Below, piece by piece: positions 10,734-20,122 of a DNA stretch of 64,000 nt (positions within the stretch are counted from its first letter, which is position 1; the number at the start of each line of letters is the position of its first letter). This stretch comes from an uncultured Bacteroidales bacterium. Lineage in GTDB: Bacteria; Bacteroidota; Bacteroidia; Bacteroidales; ML635J-15. Made by a program: the position numbers and the translations under genes. The DNA lies in the NCBI GenBank assembly GCA_905234755.1, contig CAJOIT010000003.1, positions 895,139-959,138 on the forward strand. Direction: 5' to 3'. Under the pieces are notes generated by a model. The model was not told the DNA's origin. It searched no databases and saw nothing but the letters and a program-made list of their open reading frames with translations.

Positions 10734-11585
10734 TTACCTAAGCCTCAATCTTTTGCCAATGCTAAGTATTGAGGTTTCTTTTATGCCATTCAAATCGCAA
10801 ATCTGCCTTACAGAAACATGATACTTACGAGCAATGGCAGAGAGAGTATCTCCTGATTTAACTATATGATACTGCGAGTTGTCCACAAACTTCATATAGT
10901 CGAAATTGCTTGCATAAATTGGAATCCTGTCGGCTACCAAGGCACCAGTCTGAGTATTAAAGACAAGTTCGGGGTCGAAGGCATTGTCCTTCAGACGAGT
11001 CTCGAAATGCAGATGGTTCGATGTCTTTCCGCCAAAGCCAAGAATTTCGCCAGCACTGACTTTCTGGTTGACCTTGCATTTTACATCGTCGAGGTGAGCA
11101 TATACGGTTTCAAGTCCGTTGTAATGTCTGACAACCACAGCGTTACCATATTTTGAACCGCTCCATCCTGCGAAACGCACAATGCCGTCGAAGGCTGCTA
11201 CAACAGCATCGCCATAATTAAGAACAATGTCGATTCCAGTATGCATCTTTCCACTACGCATACCAAAACTCGAAACCACCTTTCCTTTTGCAGGGAAACT
11301 TGAAGCAGCATTGCCAAAGTCGATGACACTCGCATCTATTGTTCGTGCGTAATCGGGATTTTGTGCATAAACCGAGGTTGTCACCCAGTTTTCGGCCTTA
11401 ATGTCTGTTGTATCGATTGTTGCAGATTTTATATCAGATTGTATTTCAATGTATTGCCAAGTCTTATCATCGAATATGACCACCGACAGGTTACCACGCG
11501 ATATGGTATCGACAGGCGTTTTTACCTGAGCAAACGACAATGCGCAGAGCAAACACAATGCAACAAAAATTGTCATCCTTTTCAT
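10734..11585 (-). CDS. M23 family peptidase with C-terminal LysM
   Basis: HTGIDI, YAHL, HLHFE; HIVKSGDTLSAIA LysM; signal peptide. Confidence 0.92.
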   Translation of the reverse strand: MKRMTIFVALCLLCALSFAQVKTPVDTISRGNLSVVIFDDKTWQYIEIQSDIKSATIDTTDIKAENWVTTSVYAQNPDYARTIDASVIDFGNAASSFPAKGKVVSSFGMRSGKMHTGIDIVLNYGDAVVAAFDGIVRFAGWSGSKYGNAVVVRHYNGLETVYAHLDDVKCKVNQKVSAGEILGFGGKTSNHLHFETRLKDNAFDPELVFNTQTGALVADRIPIYASNFDYMKFVDNSQYHIVKSGDTLSAIARKYHVSVRQICDLNGIKETSILSIGKRLRLR

Positions 11586-11605
11586 ACCACAAAGGTAAGG
11601 AAAAA

Positions 11606-11661
11606 CAAGGATTCGAGGATTTAAAAATTTAAAAATTCAAAAATTCAAGGATTAAAAAATT
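11606..11661. repeat. Degenerate 8-mer tandem tract (YAAnnATT x7)
   Basis: caaggatt cgaggatt taaaaatt taaaaatt caaaaatt caaggatt aaaaaatt. Confidence 0.7.
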
Positions 11662-11690
11662 GTAGGCTCACAATGCATTGCAAGCCTACA
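11661..11690. repeat. GTAG-type REP palindrome
   Basis: tgtaggct cacaatgcattgca agcctaca. Confidence 0.55.
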
Positions 11691-11716
11691 GATTATCAAT
11701 TATTCATTGTCCATTG

Positions 11717-13033
11717 TTAATTAGCCACCACAAATTTTTCAGTCCTTTCCCCTATCCTAATCATATACATTCCTTGTTTCAACTGCGACACATCAATCTC
11801 GCTACCAGAAACCCAACCACTAACGAGCAAATGTCCATCTATGGAATAAATCTCGTAATCGCCTGTGACATCCGAGTCAAATTGGAGTTTTCCATTGGTA
11901 ACAGGATTGACAAAACCAAAATAATTAGCTTCCGCATCATCAATACCATTAATTTGCCAATAATGATATATAAATTCTTCACAATCGGTAACGCTGCAAT
12001 CTCCACGATAAACTGTTACACACACATTCAAGTCACCATTATATGCATTACTGTTAAGAAACCAACGAAAACTGACATAAAAAAAGCCATATTTCTCATT
12101 ATAATATATATAACCATCATCTGGTAAAAATGTGTGCGTTATCCCATTTCCAAAATCCAACACACACGAATCAAAATCTGCTGTCAAATAAATATCAGCC
12201 ACATTTGTCTCTACTGTTTTAGTCATTAATTTCGGATCCAGATACACAAAAAGCGACTCTGACATATTACACTCCACCCAATTATTAGTCACCGCATTGG
12301 AAGCGGCCCTTTCTATATTATATGAGGTGTTCCAATCCATATTTTCTGGACGATAATTTAATTCATCATACCATGACTCTCCATAATATAAGAAACTTCT
12401 AAAAGTCAATGCCGCCAAATAAGTTCCCTCTACCGACGGATGACTTCCATCGGACTGATAAAGGTTGATTTCGGGATAGTTGTCGCGGACATACTTCCAC
12501 GCCAAGCCTACCGGCACAACAATGGCATTGTTGTCATCAGCCATCTGCACATAGCTTTCGCGAAGACGCTGCTGCATACCATCGTATGTGCAGAGAGGCT
12601 CATAATATACGCAATTATCTTGGTCTCCGTTTTCGCGTCCCCAAGTCATAAAGAAGAGAATCTGTGTACACGAATCGTTAGCTCGTATAGAGTCGCACAA
12701 CCGCTTTGCAAACGGATAGCACTCCGCCTCGACCTGCGATGGTGGAAATGCCGGCAACTGGCTCTGCTCCTGCAAAACCACATAGTCCCACGCACGCGAC
12801 CTTATCCGTGCAAAAGTCTCGGGATTGTTGCAGAAATCACTGAACTTGGCTCCGCCGACTGTAAATGCTTCGGTTTCCAAAGTGTCGCCTTCCGCCAAGG
12901 CAATATTCTTGAGCATCACATCAACGCCACCATTATAATATGTATAACTATTGCCTATAAAAAGTATCGATTTCGTCTGCGCAAAGCAGATGGATGAAAG
13001 AGCAATGAATGCTATGAGTATAAGTCGTTTCAT
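11717..13033 (-). CDS. SGNH/DUF4886-like hydrolase with T9SS type-A CTD
   Basis: FIGNSYT, DYVVLQEQS, DGSHPS; C-terminal GMYMIRIG..KFVV; signal peptide from MKRL at 13033. Confidence 0.82.
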   Translation of the reverse strand: MKRLILIAFIALSSICFAQTKSILFIGNSYTYYNGGVDVMLKNIALAEGDTLETEAFTVGGAKFSDFCNNPETFARIRSRAWDYVVLQEQSQLPAFPPSQVEAECYPFAKRLCDSIRANDSCTQILFFMTWGRENGDQDNCVYYEPLCTYDGMQQRLRESYVQMADDNNAIVVPVGLAWKYVRDNYPEINLYQSDGSHPSVEGTYLAALTFRSFLYYGESWYDELNYRPENMDWNTSYNIERAASNAVTNNWVECNMSESLFVYLDPKLMTKTVETNVADIYLTADFDSCVLDFGNGITHTFLPDDGYIYYNEKYGFFYVSFRWFLNSNAYNGDLNVCVTVYRGDCSVTDCEEFIYHYWQINGIDDAEANYFGFVNPVTNGKLQFDSDVTGDYEIYSIDGHLLVSGWVSGSEIDVSQLKQGMYMIRIGERTEKFVVAN

Positions 13034-13162
13034 AATCATTATATTTTTCGACAAATATAATGCATTTTACACGCCGAGCAAATAATTATATTCAAAAAAT
13101 CATGTAACCCATTAATAATAATTCCGTTTTTTTGTATTTTCGCATCTATTAAATACAACTAT

Positions 13163-15859
13163 ATGAAACGGTTTTTATTCTTATTCATCATCTCGGCAAT
13201 GCTAACCGCTTGCGGAACCAAAATTGAAATATGCAACCAAACCGTCGAACAACAGGACGGCTCGAGGGCACTAGCAACAAACCTACCGCGTTTCTGTTGG
13301 CAGTACGAAAGCCAATACGAAAATGTAATGCAGGTCAACTACCGCATCGTGGTTGCCACTACCGAACAAAATGCCCGGGAAGGAATCGGCGACCTGTGGG
13401 ATTCTGAAGTCATCGAATCGAACCAGATGCTCTACATTGCCTATCAAGGTCGGGAACTTAAAAGCCGCGACAAGGCATACTGGAAAGTATATACCACTGT
13501 GACATACGGAGAAAAGGGAAAGAAGGCCAGTCTGGAGAGTCTCGTAAAATCATTCGAGATAAGCCTGCTGAACCAGGACGACTGGCAAGCAAAATGGATT
13601 GGGCACGAATTCGACGATGATGTCCTGTATGACAAAACTCGCATTACCGCACGCTATCTCCGCAAAACTTTCAACTTGAACAACGACATAAGCAAAGCAC
13701 GCCTATACATCAGCGGACTGGGACAATACAGCGCATATATCAACGGAACCGAAGTCGCCGCCGATGAACTGCTGAAGCCCGCCATTTCCGACTACACTAA
13801 ACGTGTGTATTTCAATGCTTACGATGTAACTTCACTGCTCAATAAAGGCGACAATGCAATCGGTGTCACACTCGAAGGCGGTCGCTTCACAACTATCCGC
13901 TACGACTCGCTTTATCTTGAATGGTGCGGAATAAGACATGCCATGCACTACGGAATGCCTCAACTTCTTCTGCAACTTGAAGTTACCTACAACGACGGCA
14001 CCTCGGCAATGATATGTAGCGACGAAAGCTGGAAAATAACCAACAAAGGTCCTATCCGCACCGCAAACGAGTTTGACGGAGAAACCTACGATGCCAACAA
14101 GGAATTGGGCGAATGGACAAGAGCCGGATTCGATGACAGCAACTGGCTGCCTGTAGAATTAGTAGAAGCTCCCAAAGGGAAACTCGTTGCACAGCCCAAT
14201 CCTAACATCATGGTGCAGGACAAGATTCGTCCGGTGGCGATATTCAAAAAGAACGACTGCTGGATAGTTGATATGGGACAAAATATGGTTGGAGTACTCG
14301 ATATAAAAATGCGCAACCAGAAAGCCGGAGACACTATCACCATGCGTTTTGCAGAAACCCTAACTCCCGACAGCCTTATATACATCGACAACCTACGCAG
14401 TGCCGAAGCCACCGACCATTATATCATGAGCGGCAGCGATGCGCAGTGGCATCCAATGTTTACCTACCACGGATTCAGATTTGTGGAAGTGAACGGACTT
14501 CGCGACAAACCAACGGTTGACGATTTTGAAGGACTTGTTTTCTACGACGCAATGCCAACTACGGGTTCATTCGAGACATCCGACGAGATTATAAATGCAG
14601 TCTATCACAATGCATACTGGGGAATTAGAGGAAACTACCGCAGCATGCCAACCGACTGCCCTCAACGCGACGAGCGCATGGGTTGGACAGGCGACCGCAC
14701 AACAGGATGCTACGGAGAATCGTACATATTTGGAAATCACGAACTGTACTCAAAATGGCTCAGTGACCTCGACGATTCCCAATGGCCCAGCGGTTCAATA
14801 TCGGATGTGGCACCCGCCTACTGGCGCAGATATACCGACAACATGACCTGGCCTGGTGCATTTATCACAGCTGCCGATATGGTTTACACGCGCTTTGGCG
14901 ATGCCGAGCCAATACGTCAGCACTACGATGCGATGAAACGCTGGATAGTCCACATGAAAGAAAGCTATTCGGAAGATGGTATAATCACTCGCGACTGCTA
15001 TGGAGACTGGTGTATGCCACCCGAATCGCCAGAAATGATACATTCGAAAGACACAAGCCGCATTACACAGGCAGCCGTAATATCCACACCTTTCTACTGC
15101 TACCTAGCCGGCAAAATGGCAAAATTTGCCGAATTGCTTGGATATGCCGAAGATGTAAGCTATTTCAACAATGAGATTGCTGCAACAACCGTCTCGTACA
15201 ACGAAAAATACTTAAACAAGGAAAGCGGACTATACAGCAACAACACCGTAACTGCCAACATCCTGCCTCTATGGTTCGGAATGGTACCATCCGATATGGA
15301 AGACAAAGTTTTCGCAAACATCATCGACAAGACCGAAAAGGATTTTGATGGGCATGTTTCAACTGGTGTTGTAGGCATACAACAACTTATGCGAACACTT
15401 ACCGAAAGAGGCCGCGGCGACCTGGCATTGCGTCTGGCTACCATCGACAGCTATCCAAGCTGGGGCTACATGTATCGAAACGGAGCCACCACAATCTGGG
15501 AACTTTGGAACGGCAACACAGCCGACCCATCAATGAATTCTGGCAACCATGTAATGCTTCTGGGCGACCTTATACTTTGGGAATACGAATATCTCGGAGG
15601 CATCCGCGCTTTGGAGCCGGGATATAGCAAAATCCAACTGAAGCCATATCCAATCAAAGGTTTGGAATATGTAAACTGCTCCTATAAATCAGTTTCGGGA
15701 CTAATCGAAAGCCATTGGAAAGTCAGTGGAAATCAGTTTGAATGGAACATTGTAATACCAGCGAACACAATGGCAGAAGTTTGGCTTCCAACCTCCAATG
15801 GTTATGAAAAGCAGAACCTTGGCAGTGGAAAGCATCATTTGACATCAAGTGTCAAATAG
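13163..15859 (+). CDS. Alpha-L-rhamnosidase (GH78), lipoprotein
   Basis: LTAC lipobox, PTDCPQRDERMGWTGD, GATTIWELW, SMNSGNH. Confidence 0.93.
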   Translation: MKRFLFLFIISAMLTACGTKIEICNQTVEQQDGSRALATNLPRFCWQYESQYENVMQVNYRIVVATTEQNAREGIGDLWDSEVIESNQMLYIAYQGRELKSRDKAYWKVYTTVTYGEKGKKASLESLVKSFEISLLNQDDWQAKWIGHEFDDDVLYDKTRITARYLRKTFNLNNDISKARLYISGLGQYSAYINGTEVAADELLKPAISDYTKRVYFNAYDVTSLLNKGDNAIGVTLEGGRFTTIRYDSLYLEWCGIRHAMHYGMPQLLLQLEVTYNDGTSAMICSDESWKITNKGPIRTANEFDGETYDANKELGEWTRAGFDDSNWLPVELVEAPKGKLVAQPNPNIMVQDKIRPVAIFKKNDCWIVDMGQNMVGVLDIKMRNQKAGDTITMRFAETLTPDSLIYIDNLRSAEATDHYIMSGSDAQWHPMFTYHGFRFVEVNGLRDKPTVDDFEGLVFYDAMPTTGSFETSDEIINAVYHNAYWGIRGNYRSMPTDCPQRDERMGWTGDRTTGCYGESYIFGNHELYSKWLSDLDDSQWPSGSISDVAPAYWRRYTDNMTWPGAFITAADMVYTRFGDAEPIRQHYDAMKRWIVHMKESYSEDGIITRDCYGDWCMPPESPEMIHSKDTSRITQAAVISTPFYCYLAGKMAKFAELLGYAEDVSYFNNEIAATTVSYNEKYLNKESGLYSNNTVTANILPLWFGMVPSDMEDKVFANIIDKTEKDFDGHVSTGVVGIQQLMRTLTERGRGDLALRLATIDSYPSWGYMYRNGATTIWELWNGNTADPSMNSGNHVMLLGDLILWEYEYLGGIRALEPGYSKIQLKPYPIKGLEYVNCSYKSVSGLIESHWKVSGNQFEWNIVIPANTMAEVWLPTSNGYEKQNLGSGKHHLTSSVK

Positions 15860-15873
15860 TTTTATATATCGGT

Positions 15874-15917
15874 CTATTTCTGATACTTCCATATATGCTT
15901 CATCGTGACGAAGAGCA
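15874..15917 (-). repeat. Displaced copy of the 3' end of the SDR gene (direct repeat of 17420-17463)
   Basis: 40/44 identical; encodes LFVTMKHIWKYQK* vs LFVTMKHIGKYQK*. Confidence 0.88.
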
Positions 15918-15941
15918 GATGGCAAGATAAAAATTTACTAT

Positions 15942-16198
15942 TGTCCGCTAAAAAAGGAAACGTCATTCCGCAAAGCAGAGTGAACCGACTAAGGAACGTG
16001 TCGTGTGAACTCGCTTATGCGGAATCTCCTTGAATAATAATACTATAGGAGATTACGGATAGCAGTCTTCACAATGCTCCCCGTTCCGTATCGCATGTTA
16101 CGACTAGCTTCCGAAATGACAAGCACCCTTATTAATATCGTCATATAAATGTTTGATAATACTGTAATTATATGTATTATTCGATTTTTTAGCGGACA
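15942..16198. mobile_element. MITE-like unit with 14-bp TIRs enclosing REP-like copy B (15961-16120)
   Basis: tgtccgctaaaaaa (15942-15955) / ttttttagcggaca (16185-16198); inner element is the reverse-complement homolog of 58714-58870. Confidence 0.65.
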
Positions 16199-16270
16199 CC
16201 AATGATAAAAATTGAACTTCTGCCAATTCAAAGCTCAATAGTCGAGATTTTCAACATAAATGGAGGCAGT

Positions 16271-17383
16271 CTATAAGGCTATAATAAAAACATCCTTTGG
16301 ATTTTCATTCACTAATTCTGTACCAGGATAAGGGCCCGTATTATCCATACTAAGCCAAATATCGTCACCAGAGATATTGTGATATAACAAATCTATTCCT
16401 AATTCTTCATACAACACACTCTTTATCAAGCAACTAACATCGTTCCAACTTGTTCTATCTATTTTAATTTCTGGATACGCGTAACCATTTGACCAGATAA
16501 TACGAGCTTCGCCACCTATTGCTTTAATCAACGATGCTAACACAATTGCATAATCATCATTATCGCCTTGAAAATGTTGGATTGTTTCACTTGCCTTTGC
16601 AAAATACTCCTCACCTTGGGGATCTGAAACTTCCTGCCATTTTTCGTTTACAAATTTGCATATAGCACAAGACTGAATAAAAGTGCGATATTTATAATGC
16701 AAATCTGCTTTCTCCTTGAACTTATCATTCTCATTAATAATCTTAAGGGCAAAATCCCTAACTTCAAGATAATCGCATGCTTCTTTAATTTTTATACTAT
16801 AATAGTTTGAATTCTTCTTGTCAACAATATCTAAACAATAATTACCATCTGTGAAATCTGAAGAATCTTTAGATTCTATAGTTTTATCTTCCTTTTTGTC
16901 ATTATTCCTATCGATAGTATTTAAATCAGAATCTATTTCGTCAGACTTTGTGAGAATGTAAATCTCCGAAGGTTCTTCATTGATTTCGACTAAAACATAA
17001 ACGCCTTCTTTGTCATCATTATAAAGCGATTTTATTAGTGAAGCATAATCGAAGACCGCATTTCCCCAACCATAATGGTCGCCAGAAGCAAAACTTCCGT
17101 ACGACAAAAAAGCTATGCCTGCAATTAACCCTACAAATGTCAAAAACCAATGTGAAATTGCAACAAAATAAACTACGACAAACGTTGAAAGGAAGAGCAA
17201 TATTCTATCAAGATTGATTACCCAATCTGGATCTGGAAGAATTTTGGATAATAGTAGGAACAATGGTAACGTTACTAAAATACTGACATATTTTATAATA
17301 GTGTCAAATATGTTATTATCATCGGAATCGTCATTTTCCTGATCGTTATAAGTCGCCAATTCGTCGGTGTCTGAACGTCTCAT
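16271..17383 (-). CDS. Membrane-anchored transglutaminase-like protein, probably catalytically degenerate
   Basis: 3 TM helices; DPQGEEYFAKASET, GDNDDYA (family GDCDD), GYAYPE (family GHAYPE); AT-rich. Confidence 0.7.
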   Translation of the reverse strand: MRRSDTDELATYNDQENDDSDDNNIFDTIIKYVSILVTLPLFLLLSKILPDPDWVINLDRILLFLSTFVVVYFVAISHWFLTFVGLIAGIAFLSYGSFASGDHYGWGNAVFDYASLIKSLYNDDKEGVYVLVEINEEPSEIYILTKSDEIDSDLNTIDRNNDKKEDKTIESKDSSDFTDGNYCLDIVDKKNSNYYSIKIKEACDYLEVRDFALKIINENDKFKEKADLHYKYRTFIQSCAICKFVNEKWQEVSDPQGEEYFAKASETIQHFQGDNDDYAIVLASLIKAIGGEARIIWSNGYAYPEIKIDRTSWNDVSCLIKSVLYEELGIDLLYHNISGDDIWLSMDNTGPYPGTELVNENPKDVFIIAL

Positions 17384-17419
17384 TTCTTTTTTTGCATTAT
17401 ATTTATGTAAATCTATTAT

Positions 17420-18247
17420 TTATTTCTGATACTTACCGATATGCTTCATCGTGACGAAGAGCATCCAGTCGGGAGTATGCCTCAGCAAAGGCGTTGCAAG
17501 CCAGTTGATGAAACCCGGAGTCGAAGCCTTCTTGCCACGGAACATCTTGCGCAAAGCCTTCTTAACCAGCTTTTCGGGTGTGATGCTTACCGTTAGGGCG
17601 ACAGCCAGCTTGCGCAATTTCGGCGCAAGTCCGAACAAGGCCGTATCGACAGCGCCCGGAGCCATGGCAATTATGTTAACATCGTGAGGCTTAAGCTCGT
17701 ACCAGATTGATTTTGTAAAATTGTAGATGAACGCCTTGGTGGAATTGTAGGTCTGTATGCCAGGCATAGCCATCCATGCCGACATCGACGACATGTTAAG
17801 GATATACCCTTTCTTGCGCCTTTTGCCACAAATCTTCTGAGCCTTCTCCTCCTCGGTCAACTGTCTGTTAATCATTGCTTCACCAAACAGACGGCACATT
17901 TTTGCGACCGTCATCACATGCAGGTTGAGCATCAGCTCGATGCGCTTCATATTGGTTTCGCAGTACTGGTTGAAGAAGAAAACGCCAGCATCGTTTATCA
18001 GAATGTCAACCACCAAGTTGTTGTCCTGGCAGTATTTGAAAAGATTCTCGGCTGCATCGGTCTGACTAAGGTCGGCATAATGTGCGATTGTCTTCACGCC
18101 GTATTCCTTTGCCAGATTGTCGGCTACCTCCTGCAACTCCTTTTCCTGATTGCTTACCAGCAGAAGGTCGGTATGGTAGTCGCGAGCCAACTGCGTTGCA
18201 TATTGCAATCCTATTCCTGAACTTGCACCTGTTACGAGAGAGAGCAT
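17420..18247 (-). CDS. SDR family oxidoreductase (candidate hydroxysteroid dehydrogenase)
   Basis: TGASSGIG, YNSTK; last gene of reductase cluster. Confidence 0.88.
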   Translation of the reverse strand: MLSLVTGASSGIGLQYATQLARDYHTDLLLVSNQEKELQEVADNLAKEYGVKTIAHYADLSQTDAAENLFKYCQDNNLVVDILINDAGVFFFNQYCETNMKRIELMLNLHVMTVAKMCRLFGEAMINRQLTEEEKAQKICGKRRKKGYILNMSSMSAWMAMPGIQTYNSTKAFIYNFTKSIWYELKPHDVNIIAMAPGAVDTALFGLAPKLRKLAVALTVSITPEKLVKKALRKMFRGKKASTPGFINWLATPLLRHTPDWMLFVTMKHIGKYQK

Positions 18248-18267
18248 GATTTCGTTAATCCTCCTAT

Positions 18268-19539
18268 CTATTTCTTACTTTCTTCAACCGATTTCTTTGC
18301 TTTTGCTTCGAGCTTCTTGATTTCCTTCTGGATTCTTTCAGGAATCTTCTCGCCGTCGCGCATAACGCACTCGTGACACTTCATATCGAGAGTGTACATA
18401 CGGGCAACGCAGTAGTTGGAACGGCAGCAGCCAGCGTGGTAGTTAGGATTTTCCTGAACATGCTTTACGAAATCGGGATCCTTGATGAGCACATGCGCTA
18501 TCTGGAAAAGTTCGAAACCTTCGTCCATAATGCGCTGGCAGTTTGCACCCGACTGAACGCCACCGACATAAATCAGCGGAACATCCTTTATTTCCTTCTG
18601 GAAAATCTTGGCTTTCTCCATGAAATACAACTCCTTGAACGGCGATGTTGGCATAACCATAGCGGCAGCACCAGGGATATTGAGGGCAGCCTTGAGCCAC
18701 CAGAACGACTTCGGCATATAATAGGCCAATGTCTTGTGAGGCATAGCACCGCCAAGAATTGTCATCGGCGAAGCACTTACAGTACCGCCCGACAACACTA
18801 TGCCGTGAACCTTGTGCTTTGCAATTTCCTTCGCAACCTTGATGCCTTCCTCGATGCTTACGCCGCGCCAGCAGTCGTCCCACATGTTGGTCTTGACAAC
18901 AACTGCCATATCATCCTTTGCGTGAAGCATAACCTCGTCGAGGATTTCATTCAGGAACCGCACACGGTTCTCGAAAGAACCTCCGTACTCGTCGTGACGA
19001 TGGTTGGTGCGTTTGCCAATGAACTGCGAAATAAGGTAGGAATGTCCTGCGTGAATCTCAACGCAGTCGAAGCCAGCCTCGCGACAGAAGTCAACAGCCT
19101 TGCCGAAGTTCTTTACCAATTGCTTGATTTCCTCCACTTTCAGACGGCGGTGGAAAGTCGGTGAATACAAGTTGAAGCCGTTGGATGCACTTACAGGCAT
19201 ACAATGGCAGGTTGCACGGTGAGTCATATTTCCGCAGTGACCGAGCTGGATGCTGGCCTTTGCGCCTTCAGCGTGGATAGCGGCAGTAAGTTCGCGCAAT
19301 GCAGGAAGGCTTTCCTCGCGCACATATATTTGTCCGTTGAACGAAACACCGGTAATATCGACAGCGCAGTAAGCCACGGTTGTCATTCCGACGCCACCGC
19401 GAGCTACGCTAACGTGGTAGTCCATCAATTCTTTTGTCGGCATGTTGTCGCGTGCCATGTTCTCGAAAGCCGCCGAGCGGATGAAGCGGTTACGGAGAGT
19501 AATGGGTCCCAATTGGTAAGGAGTAAAAAGTTTCGACAT
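18268..19539 (-). CDS. NADH:flavin oxidoreductase (OYE family; candidate steroid 5-beta-reductase)
   Basis: LRNRFIRSAAFE, IQLGHCG, EIHAGHSYL, DEYGGSFENRVRF. Confidence 0.88.
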   Translation of the reverse strand: MSKLFTPYQLGPITLRNRFIRSAAFENMARDNMPTKELMDYHVSVARGGVGMTTVAYCAVDITGVSFNGQIYVREESLPALRELTAAIHAEGAKASIQLGHCGNMTHRATCHCMPVSASNGFNLYSPTFHRRLKVEEIKQLVKNFGKAVDFCREAGFDCVEIHAGHSYLISQFIGKRTNHRHDEYGGSFENRVRFLNEILDEVMLHAKDDMAVVVKTNMWDDCWRGVSIEEGIKVAKEIAKHKVHGIVLSGGTVSASPMTILGGAMPHKTLAYYMPKSFWWLKAALNIPGAAAMVMPTSPFKELYFMEKAKIFQKEIKDVPLIYVGGVQSGANCQRIMDEGFELFQIAHVLIKDPDFVKHVQENPNYHAGCCRSNYCVARMYTLDMKCHECVMRDGEKIPERIQKEIKKLEAKAKKSVEESKK

Positions 19540-19667
19540 ATGATTAACAATTCAATGATTTAACAATTTAAAAATTTAACTCGGTCTATAAATTATTCAA
19601 AAATTTAATGATTTAACAATTCAACCATTTAGTCAACGAAATAACCAAATCATTAAATACCAACTAT

Positions 19668-20051
19668 TTAATACTTATATTTACTTCCTGTATAATTACT
19701 GTTTCTCAAATATTTTATAAAATTACTAATTCCTATTGAAATATTAATAGCAGCTTCTTTTAGAATATTAAATTCATCTTCCGATATATAATTACAATCG
19801 TATGCGCGAGACAACTGGCTTCTTAATTCTCCACATGACCCTTTAGCTATAAATAAAAAATTTATAAATTCCTTATTACCTTCTCTTTCGAATCCTTCTG
19901 CAATATTATCCATGATAGAACCTGAAGATGATCTTATTTGAGAACAAAATCGAAGATCGTTTGCAAACTGTGCTTGATTTGTTATTTTATACACTTGCTT
20001 GCATATTTCTCGAGCCTGCTTCCATATATCTAAATCTTCAAAAACAGCCAT
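19668..20051 (-). CDS. Four-helix-bundle protein (TIGR02436 / 23S IVP family)
   Basis: FEDLDIWK, QIRSSSGSIMDNIAEGFER, IAKGSCGELRSQL; AT-rich, flanked by 8-mer tracts. Confidence 0.92.
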   Translation of the reverse strand: MAVFEDLDIWKQAREICKQVYKITNQAQFANDLRFCSQIRSSSGSIMDNIAEGFEREGNKEFINFLFIAKGSCGELRSQLSRAYDCNYISEDEFNILKEAAINISIGISNFIKYLRNSNYTGSKYKY

Positions 20052-20122
20052 AAATCCAAATCATTTTGAATCTTTAAATTACTCGAATCCATTAAATCTT
20101 TGAATCCTTAAATTTTTAAATC

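Noticed and set aside
18373-19164. Long antisense ORFs (also 37074-37892, 12440-12997, 20195-20731, 60965-61480)
   Set aside because: Shadows of well-supported genes on the opposite strand with no recognisable motifs
19668-20051. DGR Avd or 23S rRNA intervening sequence
   Set aside because: No RT, template repeat or rRNA around it
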